Source: Candidatus Poribacteria bacterium
GTDB lineage: Bacteria; Poribacteria; WGA-4E; UBA9662
Assembly: GCA_036339735.1 (NCBI GenBank)
Contig: JAYZAL010000064.1
Span: forward strand, 77,655 to 141,654
Length of the DNA: 64,000 nt
Direction of reading: 5' to 3'
Within the stretch, counting starts at the first letter, position 1. Each line of letters begins with the position of its first letter. The position numbers and the translations under genes were made by a program. The notes under the pieces were generated by a model. It was given only the letters and a program-made list of their open reading frames with translations. It was not told where the DNA came from and searched no databases. Positions 10,047 to 19,154 of this stretch are shown one piece after another.

Positions 10047-10862
10047 ATGAAATTGGCAATTTGCAACGAAATGTTCGAGGATTGGAAAATTGAAGACGTC
10101 TTTGATTGCGCTGCACAACTAGGCTATCGAGGGGTTGAGATTGCCCCATTTACTTTGGCTGACGATGTGAGAGATATCAGTTCTAATCAGCGAGACCAAA
10201 TTAAAAAAGCTGCCGCCAACAGCCAAATAGAGATCGTTGGCTTACATTGGTTATTAGTATCTCCAAAGGGATTGTATGTTAATCACCCTGACGATGAGAT
10301 TCGAGAAAAAACGCTAGACTATTTCCTGGCTTTGATAGACTTGTGTGCAGACTTGGAAGGTCGAGTCATGATTATTGGCTCGCCGCAACAGAGGTCTATT
10401 CAAGAAGGATGGGATTCTGACCAGTCATGGAGTTATGCTCGAGAAACCTTCACACACAGTGCTAATTATGCTCAAGATAAAGGTGTTTTACTGTGTATGG
10501 AACCTCTATCCGACAACCAGACTAATTTTATCAATACACCATCTCAGGCTGTGGAAATGATTCATCAGGTCAATAGTCCAAATTTTCGTTTGATTTTGGA
10601 CGTTTGTAGTACAGCGAACCAGGGATTGGATATGCCAACCGAAATCCGTCAATTTTCTAGTGATCTAGCTCATTTTCATACCAATGATAATAATTTATAT
10701 TTACCAGGTTCTGGTGATGTTGACTATCCGCCTATCATTTCAGCATTAGCTGAGACTAACTACGATGGTTATTTATCGACTGAAGTTTTTAACTTTGAGC
10801 CAGATCCTGTAACAATAGCCACTCAAAGTATCAGGTTCTTAAAAAAAATAATAGCTAGTTGA
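10047..10862 (+). CDS. Sugar phosphate isomerase/epimerase (xylose isomerase-like TIM barrel)
   Basis: GYRGVEIAP, CMEPL, HFHTND, PGSG.VDY, GYLSTEVF. Confidence 0.88.
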   Translation: MKLAICNEMFEDWKIEDVFDCAAQLGYRGVEIAPFTLADDVRDISSNQRDQIKKAAANSQIEIVGLHWLLVSPKGLYVNHPDDEIREKTLDYFLALIDLCADLEGRVMIIGSPQQRSIQEGWDSDQSWSYARETFTHSANYAQDKGVLLCMEPLSDNQTNFINTPSQAVEMIHQVNSPNFRLILDVCSTANQGLDMPTEIRQFSSDLAHFHTNDNNLYLPGSGDVDYPPIISALAETNYDGYLSTEVFNFEPDPVTIATQSIRFLKKIIAS

Positions 10863-10875
10863 GGAGTAAAAATAA

Positions 10876-12270
10876 ATGGAGCTTTTTGAAGCCGTTAGCC
10901 CGCTCGATTTTCGGTATTATGGAGCAACTGAAACGGTAATGGATCGTTTACAACCCTATGTTTCAGAGTCAGCTTATGTGAGGTATCAGGCCAAAGTCGA
11001 AGCGGCTTTGGTAAGAACTCTAGCCAATCATGGGGTTTGCAGCTCTGAAGTTGCTGACCAAGTAGAGTCAGCAGTCGACCAAGTGACAGCAGAAGAAGTA
11101 TACCAAGAACAAGCAAAAATTAGGCATAATATTCGTTCACTAGTTAATGTCATTCGCCGTAAAATTACCCCTTCTGCAAGGCCTTATGTTCACTTATTTG
11201 CGACTTCGGCTGACATCTTAGATACTGCCACCTCTCTTCGTTTTAAAGAGCTAACCGAAAAAGTTATCCTTCCTAATTTAGTTGATTTTGTTCAGCAATT
11301 GATTGAATTAGCACGAATTCATGCAGAAACCGTTCAGATTGGTCGTACACATGGACAACATGCAGAACCAATTACTTTTGGCTACGCCTTAGCTCTATAC
11401 GTCAGTCGACTAGGTAATCGAATCGAATTAATTGATCAAGCTGCCAAAAATCTTCGAGGCCAGTTTTCAGGTGCTGTTGGCGCGTTTAATGGTTTATCTA
11501 TGGTATTCGACAAACCAGAAAAATTGGAGACTGATTTACTCTCCTTGCTGGGTTTGAAGGCATCTGATACTCACACTTCAACGCAGTGTGTTGAACCTGA
11601 GTTTATTAGCGACTTAGCTTATGCTGTTTCATCTGCGTATACGATTCTTGCTAATTTTTCTGATGATATGCGGCACCTTTACCGTACCGAAATCGGAGAA
11701 GTTGGACGAAAATATGATCCCAATTTAGTCGGTTCATCAACCATGCCTCATAAGGTAAACCCAGAGGCCTTTGAGAATGTTAAGAGCTTATGGAAAGCGT
11801 TTATTCCTCGAATGCAAACCGTTTTCATGGATAGCATCTTAGAACATCAAAGAGATTTAACAAACTCAGCTTCTAGCCGTTTTCTAACGGAGTTATTTAC
11901 TGCTTTTGACTATTCAATCTATCGTTTGAGTAGAGCATTGACTGAACTAGATGTTAAGTCAGATCGGATGTTACAGAATTTGCAACTCAGTGCTGGTAAT
12001 ACAATAGCAGAGCCGATCTATCTTTTATTGGCTTATTATGGTTTTCCTGATGCATATGACCACACACGGAAATTAGTATCTCAAGTCCATGACCGAGGTG
12101 CTACATTAACCGATCTACTTTGGTCTGACAGTAATTTACGCCCATTCCTTAACCAATTAACTGAAACACAACGCCAAACGCTACAAGATTCAACCCGTTA
12201 CATTGGTGCTTCGGTTCAGCTAACACATAAAACTTGTGATGAATGGGAAAAGAAAATTAGTAAAGTCTAG
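10876..12270 (+). CDS. purB: Adenylosuccinate lyase
   Basis: SPLDFRY, GRTHGQHAEP, GAVG, GSSTMPHKVNP signature, HQRDLTNS; SD GAGGAG upstream. Confidence 0.9.
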   Translation: MELFEAVSPLDFRYYGATETVMDRLQPYVSESAYVRYQAKVEAALVRTLANHGVCSSEVADQVESAVDQVTAEEVYQEQAKIRHNIRSLVNVIRRKITPSARPYVHLFATSADILDTATSLRFKELTEKVILPNLVDFVQQLIELARIHAETVQIGRTHGQHAEPITFGYALALYVSRLGNRIELIDQAAKNLRGQFSGAVGAFNGLSMVFDKPEKLETDLLSLLGLKASDTHTSTQCVEPEFISDLAYAVSSAYTILANFSDDMRHLYRTEIGEVGRKYDPNLVGSSTMPHKVNPEAFENVKSLWKAFIPRMQTVFMDSILEHQRDLTNSASSRFLTELFTAFDYSIYRLSRALTELDVKSDRMLQNLQLSAGNTIAEPIYLLLAYYGFPDAYDHTRKLVSQVHDRGATLTDLLWSDSNLRPFLNQLTETQRQTLQDSTRYIGASVQLTHKTCDEWEKKISKV

Positions 12271-12396
12271 CTATCGACGATACAATTCTACTCTGACACA
12301 AAAACGGTAATCTATTCAGTTTAGGCAAAATCTGTTCTAGACAACAGGACAATCCAAATTGATCAATATAAAAGCCCACTTTAATTGAGGGAAGAA

Positions 12397-13638
12397 ATGA
12401 CATTTAAGATAGAGGACCCAAATAGAACTAAAGTAGACACTATAGTCATTGGTGGTGGTCCAGCAGGGTGTACTGCTGCTACATTGCTGGCTCAAGTAGG
12501 CCAAAAAGTAGTTCTTTTAGAAAGGTCTACCAAACCAACCTTCAAAATAGGTGAATCTCTGATTCCAGGTACTTACTGGACGTTAGAAAGACTTGGCATG
12601 ATTGAGAAGCTTAAACAGAGCCACTTTCAGAAAAAACATAGTGTCCAATTTTACTCATCGTCTGGCCGCGGGTCGGCCCCTTTCTACTTTTACGATAATG
12701 ATCCCCACGAAAGTTCAGTAACTTGGCAAGTTCTAAGAAGTGAATTTGATCAAATGTTATTAGAGCACGCAACTGAAAGTGGTGTCATTGTTAAAAGGGG
12801 TGTCTCTGCACAAAAGGTCTTGTTTGAAGGAAATAGTGCAAGCGGTGTACAAGCTAAGTTTCCCGGTGGAACTATACGTCAAATTCAATCTGACGTCGTG
12901 GTTGATGCCACCGGCCAAAGTACATTGATATCGCGTAAGGGTGCTCTCAAGAAGAGCGACTCTCGATTAAAAAATGCTGCAATTTTCACCCATTTTCGGG
13001 GGGCAACTCGCGATCAAGGTCAAGACGAGGGGGCAACACTGGTAATGCACACCAATGACAAATCTGCTTGGTTTTGGTATATCCCGTTAGCCGATGATTT
13101 AGTTAGTGTTGGTGTTGTTGGGCCCATTGATACTTTGTTGAAAGACAAGAGGAAAGGGCTGCAATATATCTTTGATAATCAAGTCGAAAAGTGTTTGCCA
13201 CTGAAAGAGCGTATACAATCAGCAGAGCAAGTTTTTTCAGCCAAAGCGACAAAGGATTTTTCTTATCGATCGTCCCAGGCCGCTGGAGATGGATGGGTTT
13301 TAGTGGGAGATGCACTCGGGTTCCTAGACCCTGTATATTCTTCCGGCGTCTTACTAGCATTTCAATCGGGTGAGATGGCCGCAGACTGCATTATCGACGC
13401 ATGGAAAAATAATGATTTTTCAGAAAAGCGCTTGTCAGCTTTTCAAGATAAATTCTGGCAAGGTATGGATGCTTTCAAAAAATTAGTTTATGCCTTCTAC
13501 AGTAAAGATTTCAGTTTTGCCCGCTTTTTGAAAAAGTATCCACAGTGTAAACAAGGTGTGACGGACATACTGAGTGGAAATATATTTAAACCTTCAGTTC
13601 AGCAAATTTTCGAACCACTGGACCAAATGTTATCCTGA
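12397..13638 (+). CDS. Flavin-dependent halogenase-like FAD oxidoreductase
   Basis: GGGPAG, IGESL, RSEFDQML, WFWYIP (WxWxIP), GDALGFLDPVYSSG; start placed at the ATG after GAGGGA. Confidence 0.8.
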   Translation: MTFKIEDPNRTKVDTIVIGGGPAGCTAATLLAQVGQKVVLLERSTKPTFKIGESLIPGTYWTLERLGMIEKLKQSHFQKKHSVQFYSSSGRGSAPFYFYDNDPHESSVTWQVLRSEFDQMLLEHATESGVIVKRGVSAQKVLFEGNSASGVQAKFPGGTIRQIQSDVVVDATGQSTLISRKGALKKSDSRLKNAAIFTHFRGATRDQGQDEGATLVMHTNDKSAWFWYIPLADDLVSVGVVGPIDTLLKDKRKGLQYIFDNQVEKCLPLKERIQSAEQVFSAKATKDFSYRSSQAAGDGWVLVGDALGFLDPVYSSGVLLAFQSGEMAADCIIDAWKNNDFSEKRLSAFQDKFWQGMDAFKKLVYAFYSKDFSFARFLKKYPQCKQGVTDILSGNIFKPSVQQIFEPLDQMLS

Positions 13639-13918
13639 ACTGTAGAAAAATTGGCATACTTCAACAGAAAAGTCCTCGATAACCAGTAATTGTTTAACCG
13701 TTGGCAGCTCATTTTTGGTCGGTTATCCATTTCCCTACTCATCTGGCAAACGAATAGCCACCAGTTTAGCCAACTTATGTTGTTGCGCCATTAACTAACG
13801 GTCTCGCCTGTGTTTGGATTAAAGGTTTTCCCCAAATCTTTGTGTTGTATTGAAAACTAAGGAGAATTTGCCAATACACTCTCTTGTTAGTAAAAAAATC
13901 TCGAAGACTCTGGATTTC

Positions 13919-14512
13919 CTACTTAAGAAATTTTATCTGGGTGTTCGTGATTGCAATTGACATTTCTTCCGTGTAGGTATGCAAAGTCCGGAAATCCAAT
14001 ACGGCTTCGTCCGCTCGAAAAATATCGATGATCGTACTCGGTGGCAAATGTTGCTCGGAGGTAGTGCCATTGAGTTTAGTCTTAGGAAATATTTGCTGAA
14101 GGCGAAACTCAAACTTACAATCAACCAATTGATGAAATTCTTTTTCGAAAGGGGTTAAGCAATCAAATTGCCTCAATTCCAAGGATATTTGGTATGGGGG
14201 GTAACAGAACTGATCATTCTGTAATCCTGCCATATGATAGATTCGGCTGTCAGAAGGTAATATTCCTTGGTCCGCCGAAACAATTTCTGTTAGTTTATTA
14301 TTCTCAGTTTCAATTATTACCACATGACTACTGCCAATGATCCAGAATTCAGCCTCATATTTGCAGCGCTTTAGTCGACTTTGTCGAAAAATTTGGAAAT
14401 AACTAGGAGAAATCCGACCTTCATACAGATGAAACTCAAGGTTGGAAACCTGTTGCTCGACATAATCAATTGTCTCTGGTGCAGATAGAAGATGATTCGT
14501 TAGCTTGGACAC
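13919..14512 (-). CDS. DUF2617-like protein
   Basis: IIGSSHVV motif and C-terminal TLHTY.EE...T.T motif; directly downstream of DUF350. Confidence 0.65.
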   Translation of the reverse strand: MSKLTNHLLSAPETIDYVEQQVSNLEFHLYEGRISPSYFQIFRQSRLKRCKYEAEFWIIGSSHVVIIETENNKLTEIVSADQGILPSDSRIYHMAGLQNDQFCYPPYQISLELRQFDCLTPFEKEFHQLVDCKFEFRLQQIFPKTKLNGTTSEQHLPPSTIIDIFRADEAVLDFRTLHTYTEEMSIAITNTQIKFLK

Positions 14513-14529
14513 AAGAATCTAAAAAGTAC

Positions 14530-14838
14530 TTACAAAATAGCTGCAGCCACAATCAGCCCCAATGCTATCATAATTCCGGCGACGATTAGACCCGCTGCGG
14601 TATTCTTCTTCTCTTCAATTTCTCGGTTGAGGCTAAAGGGCGTAATCCAATCAAAAATTTTGAATCCAACCATCAAAACTATAATGCCTAAGAAACTATA
14701 GATTAATGCAGCAGCCAAACCGAGAGGCAAATCACTCCAAAAGCTAGAATTAGCGGGATTAACGATACCCTGCTGTGCTGCTATTGCGCCTGACAACGTA
14801 GAAATCACCAACATTAGTCCAGTCAATTTTCGATTCAT
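14530..14838 (-). CDS. DUF350 family small membrane protein (YjfL-like)
   Basis: LIYSFLGI...FDWITPFSLNREIEEKKNTAAG...GLIVAAAI; SD AGGAG upstream. Confidence 0.88.
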   Translation of the reverse strand: MNRKLTGLMLVISTLSGAIAAQQGIVNPANSSFWSDLPLGLAAALIYSFLGIIVLMVGFKIFDWITPFSLNREIEEKKNTAAGLIVAGIMIALGLIVAAAIL

Positions 14839-14889
14839 AACTTAATTTGACTCCTTTGGTCTAGTTTTGCATCATTTTTTAGTGAGAGG

Positions 14890-16002
14890 TTACTTGCCAA
14901 AACCACGACTGCCTCCCCGGAATGAACTCCCCCGTGATGATGATCGGCCTGGGAAACCACCACTGCGAGAATTGGCTACTTTCCTGGGTCTAGTGGTGAC
15001 TACTCTGTTAGTAGTAGATGTATTTCCTCTAACTGAGGTTTGACGCCCAAATCCACCACTTCGAACACTGCCAGCCTTCTGCCGGGCAGCCATAGTACGT
15101 TTAGACTTCATCTGCTGAATCGCTTTGGGTGCCTGAGTCCTAGTTTTAGCTCTACTACTTCGAACATTATTTGTGGGTGCTGATTGAGCTGGATTAGCGT
15201 TTTTGTATCGAGTAATAGTTCTGGTCCGAGTAACAGTTCTAGTCGCAACTGGTGCGTGCCAACCACCGTAGTACCTAGGGTACCACCCTCCATACCAACC
15301 ACCGCCATACCACGAGTATGGTGAAAACAAAATGTCTCTAATGACCATATAACGTAGGTAACTACCCATCCAACTGTGGCTATCTGAGTGATAATCACGC
15401 CGATAGTGATTGGGTTTTCCCTCATAAGCATGAGGATTTGCTTCAGCACCAATGACCATCTGTTGTGATGTTTGATCAAAAGTAATTGACAAAGCCACCA
15501 ACTCGATGCCGTTTTTAGCGACTTGATCCCAATCGACGTCATATGCAGCGGGGTCTTTGGGGTATTCAGTTGGGTCTGGAACACGAATCGAATATATCGC
15601 AGCTTCACCTTGAACTGATTCAGGTACAACCAATAAAGGATCCAGATTTGCATCTTCGTTGAGATCAACTTGGTAATTAATGTCTGGGTTACTAATAATT
15701 TTATGGCTTAGTTTCCTCACTACGTTTTGCTGAAACTTTTGTGAGTCAGGTTTTTCCGTCGGAGCTAATTCTTCCAAAACCTCACGCATTACATCAGGCA
15801 AAATAGCTGGATTGAGCTTATCAGTTAGATCTATCTTCACATTTACGTTGGTTTGTGCAACCCCAACTGAATAAGTTTGGTTCTTGGCTGGTACTCTGTC
15901 ATTGGATGAAACCTGATTTTCGCTACTACTACAACCAAGATAGAGGACAAAAGACATCAATAAAATTAAGCTGCTTCCTATTAGGATAGTAGACCCTTTC
16001 AT
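14890..16002 (-). CDS. Putative lipoprotein with aromatic/Gly-rich segment and R/S/G low-complexity tail
   Basis: Lipobox-like LYLGC after a hydrophobic stretch, DLNEDANLD loop, WYGGGWYGGW, tail RSGGFG...RGGSRGFGK; ATG at 16002 has AGGA upstream. Confidence 0.7.
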   Translation of the reverse strand: MKGSTILIGSSLILLMSFVLYLGCSSSENQVSSNDRVPAKNQTYSVGVAQTNVNVKIDLTDKLNPAILPDVMREVLEELAPTEKPDSQKFQQNVVRKLSHKIISNPDINYQVDLNEDANLDPLLVVPESVQGEAAIYSIRVPDPTEYPKDPAAYDVDWDQVAKNGIELVALSITFDQTSQQMVIGAEANPHAYEGKPNHYRRDYHSDSHSWMGSYLRYMVIRDILFSPYSWYGGGWYGGWYPRYYGGWHAPVATRTVTRTRTITRYKNANPAQSAPTNNVRSSRAKTRTQAPKAIQQMKSKRTMAARQKAGSVRSGGFGRQTSVRGNTSTTNRVVTTRPRKVANSRSGGFPGRSSSRGSSFRGGSRGFGK

Positions 16003-16184
16003 TATATGTTTTCCTAATCTTTTTTTTGATAATCTTAGCAAAGTGATTCCCTAACCTCGTACATTATAGAATGCCGCTACTTCTAATAACAAGTGTTAGC
16101 TTGATTTAGTGTGTGGTATTTGAACCGAAAGATAATAATTTATATAATGTGGGTATAGTTTACCATGAACTTAGGATATAACAG

Positions 16185-17771
16185 ATGAATACACATACGT
16201 TGACAATGAAGCTCGAAAAAAAATACTTATTATTTCCCATTTTTAATGGTGTAGATATGACTCATATCGATGTTAGTATTGAAGGCCAAAATGTACGTGA
16301 GTTTGACGCAGAACTTGCAACTGATATTTCAAAAATTAGTTTTTGGTCTTTCCTAGATATAACTGAATTTCATGGCCAATCAGCAACAATCCAACTAAGG
16401 GGTGCAACCGAAACCGGAATCAATTTGATACGTCAATCAGAAGAAATTCCAGAAATTGATATGTTTTATCGTGAGTCTTTACGACCACAATTTCATTTCT
16501 CGCAGCTAGTTGGTTGGAATAATGACCCAAACGGATTGGTATATTACGATGGTGAATGGCATCTCTATTTTCAACACAACCCTTACGGCTGGAAGTGGGG
16601 AAATATGCATTGGGGGCACGCAGTCAGTAATGACTTAATACATTGGAAGCAGAAGCCTATTTCGATTTACAACAAACGTCGCGGGGACTGGGCTTTTTCC
16701 GGCGGTGCAGTTGTGGATGAAAACAATACGGGTGGATGGCAAACAGACCAAGAGAAAGTTATTGTGGCTTCTTGGACCAGTACAGGCCGAGGTGAGTGTA
16801 TTTCTTATAGTAATGATCGAGGTCAGACTTTTACTGAATACGAAGAAAATCCTGTGATTAAACATCAAGGCCGTGATCCCAAGATTATTTGGTACGCCAA
16901 AAAAAAACAATGGGTGATGGCTGTCTACACTGAAACTTCATCTGAGACAGAAGAAAAAGAATTAGTACGGTCAATTGCATTTTACACTTCGAATGACCTT
17001 AAGAGATGGTCTTTTCAAAGTCAACTTGATGGTTATTATGAATGTCCTGAAATATTTGAGATGCCTGTAAATGAGAATCAGGATGATACTCGCTGGGTTA
17101 TCTTTGCTGCTGATGGCCAGTATTCAATAGGTTACTTTGATGGACAAATATTCACGCCTGAACATGATAAAAAACAGCGGGTACATTACGGTCAGTACTA
17201 CGCTTCCCAAACTTTTAGTAATAGTCCTGATGGGCGGCGTATACAAATAGGATGGGCACAAATTGAAATGGAAGGAATGCCATTCAATCAAACTTTTAGT
17301 TTTCCGCATGTTCTTACACTTCGAAAAACCGATGACGGTTTGCGATTATTTGCAGAACCCATCCAAGAAATTGAGATTCTACACCAAACCCAACACACCA
17401 TCGAAAATGTTGATTTAACCGACAATCAAACTGCTAGATTGAAGGTCAGAGGGGAGTTATTTGACATCCGCGCTAATTTTATATTAGAAGGGGCAAAGAG
17501 TCTTGGCATCGACATAGGCGGAGAGAAGATAACTTATGATGTATCAAAAGGTTTACTGAATGATGTTCCATTAGAGCCCGAAAGCAATCAAATAACGTTG
17601 CAAATTCTGGTTGATCGTCCAATGCTAGAAATTATTGGGAATCGTGGTCGAGTATTTATTACCAGTAGCCGGCGTATTTTGGGTGTGGTAGAAACTATTT
17701 CGGCTTTTGCTGAAGGTGGTTCAGCTAAATTAGTTGGTTTGGAAGTTAATCAGCTAAAGTCAATTTGGTAG
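16185..17771 (+). CDS. Glycoside hydrolase family 32 (levanase/beta-fructosidase-like)
   Basis: WNNDPNG, WGHAVS, FSGG, RDP, ECP, YASQT motifs. Confidence 0.93.
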   Translation: MNTHTLTMKLEKKYLLFPIFNGVDMTHIDVSIEGQNVREFDAELATDISKISFWSFLDITEFHGQSATIQLRGATETGINLIRQSEEIPEIDMFYRESLRPQFHFSQLVGWNNDPNGLVYYDGEWHLYFQHNPYGWKWGNMHWGHAVSNDLIHWKQKPISIYNKRRGDWAFSGGAVVDENNTGGWQTDQEKVIVASWTSTGRGECISYSNDRGQTFTEYEENPVIKHQGRDPKIIWYAKKKQWVMAVYTETSSETEEKELVRSIAFYTSNDLKRWSFQSQLDGYYECPEIFEMPVNENQDDTRWVIFAADGQYSIGYFDGQIFTPEHDKKQRVHYGQYYASQTFSNSPDGRRIQIGWAQIEMEGMPFNQTFSFPHVLTLRKTDDGLRLFAEPIQEIEILHQTQHTIENVDLTDNQTARLKVRGELFDIRANFILEGAKSLGIDIGGEKITYDVSKGLLNDVPLEPESNQITLQILVDRPMLEIIGNRGRVFITSSRRILGVVETISAFAEGGSAKLVGLEVNQLKSIW

Positions 17772-18059
17772 ACATGAAATCAAGGTTGATCAATTTGGTT
17801 TTAAATTTTGAAAAAGTTAGCCTACCACGTTAGGTCGTCCTGGGAATCAGAAAGAAGAGAAGAATTGTAGAGATTTATTGGAATATACTCAGCTAATTTA
17901 GAAGAAAGTCTCTGAGTAAGTTGAACTACCTCATTAGTAAAACAATATAACATAGACAATTTCTCTCACACACAAACGAGATTACAATGAGAGATACTCG
18001 TTGTTGACACCTAACACCTGTTTTGCTAGAATCAACCGCTTACGATAGAAAAAGGATTT

Positions 18060-19109
18060 TTGTTAATGTCTGTAAAAACATGTTTGATGATTGGGGCTAG
18101 TGGCCGTGCTGGTAGCTGGATTCGTACGTTTACAGATCAGTTCAGTGAACGAGTAAAAATCGTTGGCTTAGTCGACGTAAACCAAGAAGTTTTAGAAAAT
18201 CAAGGACATAAGTTAGGATTGAGTAAAAACCAATTATTTAATGATCATCAGGTTGCTATCAACTCAGTAAAAGCTGACTTTTGTGGGATTTCCACACCTC
18301 CTCAATTTCATAGCTCTGCTGCTGTATTAGCCATGAACCGAGGAATGCCGGTAATTAGTGAAAAACCAATTGCAGACACACTAGATTCAGCAAAACTGAT
18401 GGTGAAAGCCTCAGTCGAAACAGGTCTTCCATGTGCTATCATGCAAAATTATCGTTATGCGAGAAATAAGCAAGAGGTCGTCAAGATTCGGGAAGAGGGA
18501 CGATTAGGACGACTACAGCATGTCTTTGGTCGTTACGCATGCGATTACCGTGAATATCTTTCTTGGGGGCGTGCATGGCGCCATGACATGGACTTCGGTC
18601 TACTATTTGAAGGCTCTGTACACCATTTTGATATGCTGCGATTTTTGTCTGGTGGTGACTGTGAAACACTAATGGGATTTGGATGGAACCCCGAATGGTC
18701 AAGTTTTAAACACTACTCCAGCGGTTACTATTTGATGCGAATGAATAACGGCGTACATGCTTGTTATGAAGGAAATAGTAGTGCTGCAGGTATAACTAAT
18801 TGTTGGAACAGCGAACACTACCGACTGGAATTTGAGGATGGTACGGTCGAAATAGCTGAAGGGAATGATGTTAAGATACACAGAACTGGTCAAGCAAGTG
18901 AAGTTTACACAGCTCCAGATATTTCAAAGCATGGGGATATTCATTTTTTTGACGAGTTTCTGACGTGGCTTGACGGTGGTCCCCCTTCAGCTACCAGAAT
19001 TACCGACAATATTAAGAGTTTTGCTTTGGTTATTGCTGCAATGGATACCACGCTTGATGGTCAACCTAAAGACTTAAGCAGATATTTATCTGACTTGTCC
19101 ATTGATTAG
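18060..19109 (+). CDS. Gfo/Idh/MocA family oxidoreductase
   Basis: STPPQFH, SEKPIA, QNYRY, SVHHFD. Confidence 0.9.
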   Translation: MLMSVKTCLMIGASGRAGSWIRTFTDQFSERVKIVGLVDVNQEVLENQGHKLGLSKNQLFNDHQVAINSVKADFCGISTPPQFHSSAAVLAMNRGMPVISEKPIADTLDSAKLMVKASVETGLPCAIMQNYRYARNKQEVVKIREEGRLGRLQHVFGRYACDYREYLSWGRAWRHDMDFGLLFEGSVHHFDMLRFLSGGDCETLMGFGWNPEWSSFKHYSSGYYLMRMNNGVHACYEGNSSAAGITNCWNSEHYRLEFEDGTVEIAEGNDVKIHRTGQASEVYTAPDISKHGDIHFFDEFLTWLDGGPPSATRITDNIKSFALVIAAMDTTLDGQPKDLSRYLSDLSID

Positions 19110-19154
19110 TTGATATTTATTTTTCTAGTCAGTGATTGTAGATGTTACGCAAAA

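Noticed and set aside
13660-13860. Minus-strand fragments (MAQQHKLAKLVAIRLPDE...) that might be a decayed HAD hydrolase end
   Set aside because: Too short and interrupted to support without a search
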